Source: the human T2T-CHM13v2.0 reference genome, Homo sapiens
Assembly (NCBI RefSeq): GCF_009914755.1
Contig: NC_060932.1
DNA length: 64,000 nt
Reading direction: 5' to 3' (one strand)
Position numbers and translations under genes: made by a program
Shown: positions 1-13,003 of the stretch, piece by piece
Layout of the letters: each line of letters begins with the position of its first letter
Numbering within the stretch: position 1 is the first letter of the stretch
Notes under the pieces: generated by a model
The model's input: the letters and a program-made list of their open reading frames with translations, nothing else
What the model was told of the DNA's origin: nothing
Databases searched by the model: none

Positions 1-720
1 CTGCTCCCTTTCCGCCGCTTTTGAGGGTCGTTATCTTGATTATCCAGATCACCTACAAAGTATCCGTATCCAGAATCAATAAGATCAACTCTCTGCTCCT
101 CTGACAGCAGAAGGAGCAGGACCACAAGGAACCAAAGAGCGTGGAAGGAAACGATGTGACCGGAAAGCTCGGAAAACGGCCACAGGGGGTCGTCAGCAGG
201 CCTTCCAACCTGAATCATGAATAATTAATGAAGCACAAATCAAAGGGGACTCGAGTTTCAGCAGATGCAATTCATCCAACGGGAGATCGCCGGAGGGCCA
301 ACAAGATTGAGAAACTGGGAGTCGGGTGCAGTGTCAAGGGGGACGCGACTGGTTCCAAAGCTCAAGAAGACCATGGGGTCACTTGGGCTACATGAGAAAA
401 TGCCCCAGTGTGCTGGTTCATCATTCCGACTCCTGCCTGTCTCTTCCCGTCCAAGGAACATGGACCCTAAGTCGTGCAGGTGCGGATGACCATGGGCAGA
501 ATTAGGGGACATGTCACAAAAGTTGAGGGACACGGGAGTTCCACAGAAGGTCCGGTTAATCTTCGCAAATCCAGAGACATGACAATGGGACCCAGGGAAT
601 TAGAGCCTCACAGGCGTCCAGGAGACTTTTCAGGCATAATGCCTGGAGTCGCAAGACGAGCTGAAAAGGGAGCCAGGTACTGAAGGACAAAGCGGTGTTG
701 GCTTTCTTCATCTGTGTTTC
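1..720 (-). pseudogene. Probable 5' non-coding/upstream part of a FAM90A-family copy running off the left edge
   Basis: The minus strand near the left edge reads ctttgtag|GTGATCTGGATAATCAAGATAACGACCCTC, an acceptor-like junction resembling FAM90A 5' sequence as I recall it. Position fits the known FAM90A-DEFB109-USP17 order. No FAM90A coding sequence lies in the window. Confidence 0.45.
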
Positions 721-2479
721 CCAGTGCAGTCCAATTCACTGTGGTAGAATTCATGTATTTATTTTCCGTCGGCTTGTAGTTGCAAACTTTTGATGTTATT
801 GATTTTTGGTTGGAGAGTTTTGGTTTGAAAAACTAGATATTCTGAAGATGGAGGTTGTCCAAGATTGTATCTCAAGGTGAGTCTACTTGATGCCAGCGAA
901 GCATACTTTGACATATAATGCATATGTTTGAATTATATTTTGTCTTTTTTACCATATTTTAAAAAATCACTTCGTGAAAAATGTCAGAGTTAGATACACC
1001 AATGTTAAATTTCTCATCACATGTCCAGAGGCAGTGTAAAATGCAGTCTAGAAGGCAAAATTCCCAGCCACTTCTATGTGGAACTTTCTGCAGAGTGGGA
1101 TTGTATCCAGCGTTTTCAGGGGGCGCAGGTGTGGTAATAGCTGGTCCTTGGCTTCCTGCTGAAGTTGGAATCCTGCAGATTGCTTAGGGGCGGTTTCAGC
1201 CTGTCCCTTCTTTCCAGGTCATCACTAACCTTTCCTGAGCCCCCATGGGGACTCAGAACTTATCTAGAGTCACAGGCCGGCCTGGGATGCTGCCCTTGAG
1301 CCTTTGTGCTGTCCATGATGGTTCCATGCCACTGATCTGCTGGGACACATTCTGCAGAAGGATGGGCTGGCAGGAGCTGTCCCTGCCTTTCTGAAAATCA
1401 CAGAGATTTCTGCTGTCAGAAGCCACAGAGAAATATCTTTGGAGTCTCAGGTAGGCCAGGGATGCCATTCACAGGCTCCTGTTCTTCCTCTTAATGGTAG
1501 CAAGAGTGATTTCTGAGTTTCCTAATTGACTTCGAAATAATTTTGTTGATTTCGTTGTGACAAAGACCACTCCTCTTTCTGTGGCATCCAGTTCACCTGT
1601 AGTGTTTTTTGGGATTATGTGGAAACTCTTGCATTTTTCCAGAGCCTCACTTCATCCGGGATGTTCTCAGGAATGCACGAGCTGATCCCTGCCTTGGTGG
1701 CATCTTGGAACATTGAGGGAGGCCCCTTAGGTCCAGAAGGCACTAGGAGGTCCATCAGGAATTGAGAGGGCATGTGTCTGCCCATCTGTAGCTGGAACTT
1801 CTATTTGTCTTCAGAATGCAGATTCTTCCTGAACTAATAAATTATCTTCATCTTGGTGTAAGTAGCTACAATATAATAATTCACAGTAACTCTATTAATA
1901 AAAATAACTGAATATCAACAATGAAGACAATAATGACAATGTTAATTGTTATAATATTAATAGCAAAAATAAAAGAAAGTCATTAGGGATTGGAGATTCC
2001 CTTAAGTGAAGGACAATGTACAGATATAGGGACACTTGAGTTGTTTGGACTCAGAGTCAAATGAAACGTGTTCCTCAAAGGCAAAGGACATGCAGCATAA
2101 GGAAAACACAACGTTCATGGATGACCACATGGGGTACCTTGGAACTCATGTGGAAAGACTGCAGGCAAAGTGTACCTGGTACAGGGACCACCCACCAGCC
2201 AGCACCCACCCACCTTCATGAGGTAGGACAGCAAGATAATGGGGAAGGGGTCCATGCAAGGGATGCAAGGCTCGTGTCACACCTGATTCAAAGAAGCACT
2301 GCTTCTGACAGATGTTTATCTCCTAACACTGTGTCACCTCTAACTGCCTGGCTGCAAGTCTGCCAACTGTTCTTCTTAGGTCACAGGAGGGACAGACATT
2401 ACTGTCCACCTATCTGCATACAGAGCCATTGGAGGCCATTACCCTTGTTGCTTCCTCTTTGGAAAGGGGCAACATACCT

Positions 2480-2855
2480 GGCAGATGCCATTCTCTGTCT
2501 CTTTGGAAAGCTTTGTCAGCACATTTAAGGTTTTCTTCAGCCACAGAAAGCCACCTGCTTCAAAGTCTCATCCTCCACAAGTGGCAAGCACACAATCATT
2601 AATGGAGGCAAGGGGTACATAGGCTTTGCCATTTGATTCAGTTGGGACAAATAGGGGAGGACTTCTTAGCTCTACAGCTCTGTCCGTGTGGCCAGGTGAC
2701 AATGTCAGGCTGCACTGCCATTAGACTTGTCCCTTTGCACATAAGGCTTCCCTCCAATCCTTTCCACAGATGTGGATCCTCACATCACTTCCTAATAAAC
2801 ATCCTGCACACTAAACTTTATCTATATCCAGTTCCCTGGGAACCAAACCTGTGAC
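2480..2855 (+). mobile_element. Old ERVL-type solo LTR (LTR16-like)
   Basis: 3' end AATAAA..ctgcacactaaact..ttccctgggaaccaaacctgtgaca resembles LTR16-class termini; left boundary uncertain. Confidence 0.45.
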
Positions 2856-3383
2856 AAAAGTGAAAAGTTTCTAGGGAAAATAGGGTTTCCTTATCAGACA
2901 GGAATCAAATTCTGCTGAGCTAGAAAATAAAGTAAAGTCTGACGCCATCTCGTGATATTTTTTTATTAGGACATTACCACTGCCAGCAAGAATTATGTGC
3001 ATCAATTTGTGGGGACAAACATCATACTGGAGTGGAATGAGGTTGTTGTGAGTTGAGGAGAAATGCTGATGAATGGACTTTACCCTCAACTTGGATTCAG
3101 GAGAGGACATAAAAACAGCTGGAAATAAAAGGTGTCCGAAAACATTTTTCTGGTTTTTCAATTTCAGGTTGGGAGACACTCTATGTTTAAATTCTAAAGA
3201 GATGTAGCATACTGAGAAGAAATAACTGTAGACAAATTGTCCATTTTATGAATAATACAATTTATGGTATGACAGGAGACCAAGGGACATAACACAAATT
3301 TGGAGTTAAAGAAATTAACAGACATTCTCTATAATTCCTCCGCTATTATGGCAGAGATGCTGGAACAATGGATGTCCATGTAG

Positions 3384-3692
<309 letters not shown>

Positions 3693-4091
3693 CTTGTAGC
3701 AGTACTTTTGAACTTATTGGCTGAAAGCATCCACCTGCAAACTTACGTATTATATCTGCAAAAGAGTACAAACCATGTGATGAATTTTAAAGGGAAGACA
3801 AGCCTGTGGGAATTCAACAGCCATGGCAATGTTTTGAACTTCTTTTTATTAAACATGTAAGAAGTAAGTGAAGTTCAAGACCTAATAGAATTGCCAGGAA
3901 TTATCTGAGGAATTACCAAGATGACCATAGACACTATGAAATCCTTACGATGCCCTCTGCTGGAGTTTCCTCCTACAGCCAGTGATTTTAAGCCAGAAGC
4001 AAATGTATCTGCAGGCACAAGAATTCAACCCAAATGTGCTATTCAATTTTAAATGAGATGACAATGAAATTATGTGCTATATAGCAACAAC

Positions 4092-4292
4092 TTTTTTTTT
4101 TCTTTCAGACAGAGTCTTTCTCTGTTGCCTAGGCTGGAGTGCAGTGGGGCACTCTTGGCTCACTGCAATCTCTGCCTCCTGTGTTCAAGTGATTTTCCCA
4201 CCTTTTTCACAATGTATCCTTATCCTCAAACTCATCCTCCTAAGTAGCTGAGATTATAGGCCTGTGCCACCATGTCTGGCTGATTTTTGTAT
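4092..4292 (-). mobile_element. Alu right arm carrying a ~30-bp foreign insertion
   Basis: ggctggagtgcagtgg..tcactgcaatctctgcctcc..agtagctgagattatagg; interrupted at 4205-4234. Confidence 0.9.
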
Positions 4293-4517
4293 CAGCAAAA
4301 TTATTTCTGGGGTGGAGAGTTAGGAATCTTTTTCTCCCACACCCATAACATGTTCTCCAAATGATCTGTCATGAAGAAGGTTCTCTTAATTTTCAACACA
4401 AGTTATGGGCTAGGCACTGTGCTAGGTGCTACAGATACGCACTAATATACCCACAATAGTTTTGCCTTATTGCCTTCTATGTTCTAATAATGCACCAAAA
4501 GAAAAGTATAGATTAGC

Positions 4518-4811
4518 TTTTTATTTTTTTGAGATGGAGGTTAATTCTGTCACCCAGGATGGAATGCAGAGGTGGGATCTTGGCTCACTGCACCTTCTGC
4601 CTCCTGGGTTCAAGTGATTCTCCTGCCTCAGCCTCCTGAGTAGCTGGGATTACAGGCACGTGCCACCACACCCAGAAAATTTTTGTATTTTTCAGGAAGA
4701 CAGCTTTCATCATGTTAGTCAGGCAGGTCTCAAACCCCTGGCCTCAAGTGATCCACCTATCTTGGCCTTCCAAACTGCTGGGATTACAGTCATGAGCCAT
4801 AGTGCCCAGCC
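4518..4811 (-). mobile_element. Alu, full dimer
   Basis: gtgattctcctgcctcagcctcctgagtagctgggattacaggc and the canonical Alu 5' end. Confidence 0.95.
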
Positions 4812-5570
4812 AAAGAGAGTAGCTTTAAATAGAAAATATGAAACTAAAAGAAATGTATGCTCATCAGTTTTATACTGTATTTGGCCAGGTGCAGAATATC
4901 GACATGTAGTAATGTAAGGGAATAAGGTCAATTCACATCTAATTGTTTGGAGAAGTCACCAGAAATCAAAAGTTGGAGGAGTTGTATCTTTTGAGGTGGG
5001 TTGCACAGGCAAGCAGCAAGTTGCTATCTCTCCAAAGTCCTAAACTGTTCTATTTGTCCTACTGTGGAAAAATGAGTCTTCAACTTGATTTCAATTTATA
5101 TAGGAAAATGCTCAATAAAACTAATAAGGGCTACATTCCAGGACACAGCCAGACCACCATATACTGAACCTTGATTCTAGAGACACCTCCTGTTCAATGT
5201 AATTGGATTTTCAAGACAACAAATATATAACCCTGACACAATATTGGAGAGCCAAAAGGAAAGGACATTTTGGGTTGAAATTTTTTCTTTTAAAAATGTG
5301 TCCTTGAGTTCTATTAACAATAGCTGAAGCCTGGGAACAGCTCAAATGTCTATTGAGAGGAAATTGATAAATTATATGCATATTATGGAGTAATATTTAT
5401 CAATAAATGGGAATAATCAACTCTATGAATCGACATCATGATCATGGATCAATATAATCTTTCTAACCCCGAGTGGGGAAAGCTAAGCTAAAAAGTGTCC
5501 TATAATATAAATAAATGTATACAAAATTCTAGAACAGACAAACCTAATATAAGCTAAAAAAGTTCAGAAA

Positions 5571-5724
5571 AGCCAGGTGCACTGGGTCATGCCTGTTATG
5601 TCAGCACTTTGTGAGGTGGGTGGATCGCATGAACTCAGGAATTCAAGACCAGCCTGGCCAACATGCTGAAGCTACCCCATCTTTACCAAAAATATAAAAA
5701 TTAGCCCAGTGTGGTGTGGTACGC
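5571..5724 (+). mobile_element. Alu left monomer joined directly to an L1 3' end
   Basis: gccaggtgc..catgcctgt..cagcactttg..aagaccagcctggccaacatg..aaaaattagcc, then an abrupt switch to L1. Confidence 0.8.
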
Positions 5725-7050
5725 AGGAGCAGAAAACCAAATATTACATATTCTCATGTATAAGTGAGAGCTAAACATTGGGTTATACACTGTTCAGCTC
5801 TCACTTATATGGAAACAACAGACACTGGAGATTCTTAGAGGGAGGAGGGAGGGTTGGGTGCAAGGCCTGAAAAACTACCTATTGGGTATTATGTTCACTA
5901 CATGTGTGATGAGATCATTCATACTGTAAACCTCAGCAGCACACAATACATCCATGTAACAAACCTGCACATGTATCCTCTGTGTCTAAAATAAAAATTA
6001 AAAACATAAAAATGAACAAAGATATATGAGCAAGCATTTGTCGAAAAAGGAGATACAAATGGACAACATATATATAAACAATTCTTACCCTCTCTAGTCA
6101 TCACGGGAATGCAAATGAAAACAACCAAGAAATATCACCTCACACCTGTTAGAATAGCTATTATCAAAAAGATGGATGATAACAAGTGTTGGTAAGGATG
6201 TGGAGAAAAGGGAACCTTTGTATACTGGTGGTGGGAATGTAAATTAGTATGGCCACCTTGGAAAACAGTATGGAGGTTTCTCAAAAATTAACAATAAAAA
6301 TACCATTTTGTTCCAGCAATCCCACTTATTTTATATATAATATATATATCATATATATAAATATATATATATGAAGTCATTGAAATCAGTATGTGAAAGA
6401 GATATCTGCGCTCCTATGTTCCTTTCAACACTGTTCACAATAGTCAAGATCTATGAAGAAGACATACATGTTATCATTCATTCATGAATGGCTGAATTAA
6501 TGTTATACATATATATATATATATGCACAATGGAATATTATTCAGTATTATATAATAATGAAACCCTGTCATTTGTGACAACATTGATGCATCTGAAGGG
6601 CATGAAGTCATGTGAAATAAACCAAACACAGAATGACAAATACTGTATGATTCCACTTGTATTTGAAATCTCAAAAAAACAAACTCAGAAGCAGAGGGTA
6701 GACTGGCCAGGAGCTGTGGTGCAAGTAAGTGTGTAGGTGTGATTACAGTACAAAGTTTTAGATATACCACATAAATAAGTTCAGGAGGTCTAATTTACAG
6801 CTTAGTGCTTATAGCTATGAATACTGTATTGCATACTTAAAATATAATAGGAGGGTGAATTTTATGTTAATTATTCTTACCAATAAAAATAATAATTAGA
6901 ATGGGAGGGAGAACTTTGGGAGGTGATGAATATGTTTATAATCTTGATGGTAGTGATGCTTTCACAATGTATCCTTATTCTCAAACTCACTGAGATATAC
7001 ACATTAAATAGGTACAGCTTTTTGAATGTAATCATGTCTCAACAAAGTGT
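5725..7050 (+). mobile_element. L1 3'-end fragments (L1PA/PB-type 3' UTR followed by older L1M pieces)
   Basis: gaaaaccaaata..ttctca..taagtgagagcta, catgtaacaaacctgcacatgtatcc, and ORF2 C-terminal-like cacctgttagaatagctattatcaaaaag. Confidence 0.85.
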
Positions 7051-8504
7051 TTTTAAGGGGGGTTGGTTAAAAAATTTAAAAAGGAAAGGTAGATGTTCCT
7101 TTGCCATTCTCTCATGCCTTTTTTCTCCCTGCTGTCTAGAATTCAGAAATAATAGGTGGGAATTTAGCAGCCAAACTACGACCTTTTCTAAAGTATAGCA
7201 GAGCAAAGAGCTGGAAGGGACCTGCATCCCTAATGATATAAGAAAGAATCTGTACTAGCCCTGAATGGTATAACTACAGGTTAATTTTAAGTGAAAAAGA
7301 AATCAACTTCTGCCTTGTTTAAGCAAACTTATTCAGGCATTAATTTTATAAACATGTAGAGAATACATACTCCTTATGAGCAGAAACAATGTTTATGCCA
7401 TATGCTCCATGACGGGTATTCAATAATGTGTGACGATAATAATGAAGACAATAGTGATAAATAAAAGAAAATAAAAAGCAGTGAAACAAAGTGGTTTAAT
7501 AGCTATACATAGATATTTTGTTGAAAGATTCTGCTGCTAATATTATTCAATATTTTTGTATGCTGGTGCAAGTAAGGAAAATTACATTGTCTAATAAAAA
7601 TTATTTATCAATTTATAAAACAGTAAAAATTTCATAGAATGGGGCTAAGAATCTGCATTGCAAACTAACTCTTTCAGTTGATTTATGCACAGTAATTATT
7701 GAGAATCCCCTTATCTAGATCCAACGGATCTGGACCTACATAGGTGCTATCAAGACTTAAGGAAGAAAATTTTCCTGACTCTATCCATACCTCCAGTTAG
7801 TAATAGATCTAGAGATTTAGAACTGAAATCCAGACCTCCTGCTTCCATGTGCAGTGACCTTTCACTGTCCTGTTTTGCTTCACTTGATGAAGAGGATTTG
7901 AGAATAAATGACCACTTGATTCAACTCCTCCTCAACTCTGAGGAATATAGCCCTGTCCTGGCAAACAAGAAACTCCTGCAGTAGTAGAGGAGGCAAATAT
8001 ACGTTCACTAATCTAACATACAAGGCAGTAGGCACTGTACCATAAACAAGGCACTGTGGGGGTTCAGACCAGCGGCAAAGTGGGGATTAATAGGGCTAGT
8101 AAACTCTGGGAAGGTTCACTAACAAAATGTCTAATCATTAACTAAACTAAAAGGTTTCTCAACATGGCCTAATTAATTGTAACTTAACATAAATGGTTGT
8201 TTGTTCATAAACCTTAATCTTTTGCCAAAATATTGGTAGCTTATGTTCCCATTTAACAAGGTTTTCTGGTCAAAACTGTGCACCCACATCATTCTAATGA
8301 ACTTAGTGTCCAATAAAACATGGACTCTCAGTCATCCTATGAAGGTTATTTTGTGTGCATAGTACATCTCTGTGAATATGCGTAATGAGGTATGGAAGGA
8401 CACTTATTATCCAAACAGAGACATTCCACTGGTGCTAGAGAGCCACAGACGGAAGTTTTCTCTGTCTACTGGAAATAAAGCCAAGCTTTCTTCTTTCCTC
8501 AGCC

Positions 8505-8578
8505 GTGAGGATTGCTGTCCTCCTCTTTATCATTCTCGTTTTTTTTTTTTTTTGTTTTTATGAGCCAAGCTCCACCAA
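8505..8578 (+). pseudogene. Orphan DEFB108-like exon 1 (signal peptide) relic
   Basis: cagcc GTG AGG ATT GCT GTC CTC CTC TTT ATC ATT..ATG AGC CAA GCT CCA CCA = (V)RIAVLLFII..MSQAPP versus DEFB108 MRIAVLLFAIFFFMSQVLP. Start codon lost, T-run frameshift, donor GT replaced by AT. Confidence 0.7.
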
Positions 8579-10199
8579 ATAACAAGATAAACTTTGTGTA
8601 AGACTTGGTAAGAGTAGAGTGTCTGACACCTTATTGTGCTATAACACTCAAAGCAAAAGCAAAATCGCCTATGACCAGAAAAGGGAGTCACATAGGAAAT
8701 CTAGAAGACCTATTGGCTGAGAGACCTGCAGCCTCATAGTTCATTAGCTCTCCATAGCAACTCTCACATGAAATGAAGTCAGTGGTGTTTCAAGTGCTTG
8801 AAACCCTCTTTACTCTACTTCTAAATGTGAATTAATTAGGCAAGTTTACTAGCAGTTACTAGACCTCAAAAGCAAAATAATCAGGCATTATTCTATTAAA
8901 TATTGGTCTCCATAACTCCTCTATTTTCTTTTGGAAAAGTTAGTTAGTCTAAGACATTTGGCATAAAGGCTATGCCAAAGCTTTGGTGGGGTCAGCCAGG
9001 AAGGATTCGTGGGGCCTCCTTGAAAATATTGCAATAATCTAAGAAATCTTCAACCTATTGCCCCTCAATACTGTTGGTCCCTTGTACTGGACTTTTCCCC
9101 TTAAGTTTGATTCCATTTCCTAACATTATCCTTCCCTCTTCCTCCTCAGCAACTAGTCTTCTAAATTAGAACTTAAACACAATGACCAGATATGACCCTG
9201 CAACAGAGCACGCCCTTCTGCATTGAGCATGCAATCATGAATCACAGGTATAAGACCCCTTGAACAGACATGGTTTTGGTGATTCTGTGTAGGACTTATT
9301 GCTTTTACCCAAGAAGATGATCAGGCATTCTAAGTAGATCAGAAAATTTTCTGGAGCTCTTGAATGTGTGTAGGCAAGAAAGATTAAGCAACCTGTTGCC
9401 TTATATGAGGCAAACTGTCTTCTCATATTTTCTTTTGAATTCAAGATTTCAAGGTTGGGGAAGGAGTGGGAAAGTAGCCATGGACATGTGAGAATGTGGA
9501 TGATCCTTGTACATTGTCAGGGATGGTCAAATTCTATGCTTCATGTTGTTTGCTAAAAGACACTTTCCAAAGTTTTCAACAGAAAATATGGTGGCACACA
9601 TGCCTATTCTTCGTGAACCCAGACATTTCTATCTAGTCTGTGATAGTAAATTTAAAAGGACGGCTTAGGGTAAATGAATCCTTCAAGTTATAAAGAATGA
9701 AGGGCAGTTTTTGGACAATTCCCATTTTGCTGTAGGAAAACTAATCTGGAAGAAGTAAAAGGGAAAGATTGAAGTGGAGAGAACGGAGATAGAAAATGAG
9801 TTCAGTTGATCAAATTTTTGTTAAGCGCCCACTGTATGTGGGACCCTTACAAGGAAACAAGCAGACAAAGAAAAAAAAAAGCATGTGATGGCCTTGCTCT
9901 TAAGAAGCCAGAGGCCAGTCACCTGGATTGCTACATATCAGGAAGATGTCAACAAGCCCCTACAATACAGCACTGGCATAGGATGAAGAAGAGGTTTCTT
10001 TCTATGAGATAAATAGCACACAACCAAAAAAGAAAGCCAAAAGATACACAAGGCTCGAAAACCTAAGGCACCAACCCTTAAGAGATCTGATTGTTGGTGG
10101 TAACTTTGGAAGGAAAATTATTATTAGGATTATTTTAGTACTAAGAGTTTTGAGCTGTCTATCCAAGATTGTCATCTGCACCTCTGCCTTAGGTAATAC

Positions 10200-10200
10200 T

Positions 10201-10231
<31 letters not shown>

Positions 10232-10248
10232 CGCGCACGTGTGTGTGC
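10200..10248. repeat. (TG)n(CG)n compound microsatellite
   Basis: tgtgtg..gcgcgcgcgcgcgcacgtgtgtgtgc read directly. Confidence 0.95.
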
Positions 10249-11299
10249 CTTTGCATGTGTTTGAAATATATTCTGTATCCCACACTCCACATAGGTTTGG
10301 GGCTGATCTGAAACTATACTCTTAGGGATGGGGTTAAGCTACTCTGTCACATTGTGAAGAGTTGATATGTAAGAGACTCTTAACCTTTTATAAATTACCT
10401 TTAAAATGTTTCCTTTTCTGTGAAGGGAAGAATAACAATTTGTAAACAAATGCAAAAATAACTTTAACTAAACAAAAGAACAGTTCGTTAGCCTTGTTAT
10501 GATTAGCAGAGAGGATAGCTGCAGACACTGTAAAATCACTCAGCAACAAGATTTGACAAAACCTTAAATATGGCTCTATTTTTCCTGTTTTATAGAGGAA
10601 AATATTAAGGCTCTGGGAACTGAAGTGCTTTTCTCAACAGTGGAGTAAGTGTCAGAGTCAAGGCTGGGTTTTACATCCCAGCTTTCCCTATACATTCCAC
10701 CCTATGGTTCTGTTGTGCTGTTCCTTTGTGTGACTCCGTAAAGCCTGCTTAAAGGTGATACCATATCAAATTGTATTAACTCAGTAGCACATAACGCCAG
10801 GGAATTGATTTATAAGATGTTTATCCTTGTGGCATTGCTGAAGACCCATCTGATTAGTAGTTATCAAGTAGTCATCCTGGATAAATATATGGGTTTGATT
10901 TTTAATTTTGAAAATGAAAAATATTTTAAAATATATGTCTTACATCCATATCCCAGGAAATTCTAATCAAGTTTTAAAACTTCCAAATTTAGATAAACTA
11001 ATGGTTTTTTGTTTTAATTTTCTCTCAATGAAAATAGAAGAAACTAATTGGATGGAACAGCACAGCAGAAGCATTACTTATAGCCAAAAATGGGATACAA
11101 CAAGACTGAAGAAGAAAATGCAAGACAGTGCTTAAAAAAGCAGTCTAATGAAAAGTGAGGTCTCCTCTGGATGTCCTTAGGTAGACATTGCAGCAGAACT
11201 GTAAAGTTTTTCTGGAAGGCTGGGGAAGAGAGGAGGAAACAGAGAAGGGGCAAGAGGAGAAAATAGAATGAGGCTCAGAATACCAAGCCTTAGTGCTGT

Positions 11300-11420
11300 C
11301 CCTATCGCCTTCCTCGCTAGATCACTGGGTGATCCTGCGCAAGTTTCTTCCTTTCCCTCAGCTCATTTCCTCATCTCTAATGTAAGTGACTAGACAAGAT
11401 AGCCTATGCTGTTCATTGTA
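11300..11420 (+). mobile_element. MIR fragment
   Basis: gggtgatcctgcgcaagtttctt..ctcagctcatttcctcatctctaa resembles the MIR core. Confidence 0.5.
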
Positions 11421-12673
11421 ACTCTAACTTTTCTTCCCAAAGCAAATAGCTGGAAAAGACACTGTGCTTACAATATGCAACAAATAAAGACAAAAGATTT
11501 TTAGAAACCCCTAGTGTAACTTGAATTCTTACAAATAAGCAATGGTACATCATAATTTTACAAAGCCCTTTTGTGATTTCATTTTTAAAATCACGTCAAG
11601 TTTTATTTTACTTCATAATAAGATAATGGGAGATAAGTGTTAAATGGGTTCATGAAGGAATGTTTGTAAAAGACACAATAATCCAAAATAGGTAATTGTT
11701 ATATTAGTAGTTCCCTTTACTGGGGGGGAACAGATAAAAGAGTGTTAGGAAAAGCTTCATAAAGTGGATTATGTAGAATGTGCTTTAAAAGAGTTTGGTG
11801 TTTTATTGAGTGGGGAAAGAGCAATATGGGGAGTTATTGTTCAAGGGTTAAAGCTATACAAAATGAGTCAATTACAGAGATAGGCTCCAAAACATAGTAC
11901 CTATAGTTAACAATGAGGTATTTTGTATTTAACAATTTGTTAAGAGGGTCGATCTTAGGGGTTCTGACAACAACAACAACAACAACAAAGGGACGTAGGA
12001 AACATTTGGAGGTGATGGATATATTATTACCTGGATATTGGTGTGGTAACAAGATAATACTTATGTGCAAACTTGCCAAACTATATCCATTAATTATGTA
12101 CTGTTTGTGTATAACAATTTTACTTCAGTTCCTACTATATTGCCTGGCAAACGATAGATGTATAAAGTGAGATCAATGATTATTGCATGTGCATTTCAAA
12201 AATAATAAAGAAAGCAGGTGACAATAAAGACATCCTGAATCTTTGGGAAATAAATAGCATTCATCTGCTTTCTCATCCATTGAGATATCACCACATTTAT
12301 GTACTTGTGTGTCCCTGGAAGTTTCCTGTGGGAGATTTAGTTATTCTCTTTTCGTTAGGCTCTACTGACCAAGAACAAATCACAGACTCAGAGAGCATCA
12401 TAAAAAGGCCTAGACCCACGATGCCCAGAGACTCCAGGCTCATCCCACATTGATGCTGGCCCTTCAGCCATGAGACTCCATTTGCTTCTCCTTATTCTCC
12501 TTCTTTTTTAAATTCTCTTATCCCCAGGTAAGTTGGTAGCTGATTACTATAAGGTTCTGCAGATCAGAAGGCTATATCTCTGGCCAGACAAGATACTAGA
12601 ATCAGTCCTGTGGGTTCAAGAACCTAATATTTACAGCTTCACTAGGATTATAATAGGGAAAAATAGAAAAGGG

Positions 12674-13003
12674 ACTCATTTAGCAGTAGCTCCTGTTGAT
12701 AAGATTCCATCCATGTCTTTTGACCTAGTGAGTGGATATAATAATCGATGCTGCTGAAATTCAATCCTATCAGATGAAACTGCCTACATGTAAATTTCCA
12801 TGCCCCACCAAGCACCTCAAGATACAAAGTAAAGATACAACAGAATGTGACCTCAATGAGATGCCTTTGCGGGACATGGAAATTTATATGTAGGCAGTTA
12901 GATCTGACAGGATTGAATTTCTGTGGCATCTATTATTATATTCACTTACTAGGTCAAAAGAGATGGATGGAATCCTATCAATAGGAGCTACTGTTTAATG
13001 AGT
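12674..13003. repeat. Long inverted repeat: 133-bp ungapped arms (12674-12806 / 12871-13003), 64-bp spacer
   Basis: Manual alignment of the left arm to the reverse complement of the right arm gives 117/133 identity and no indels. Confidence 0.95.
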
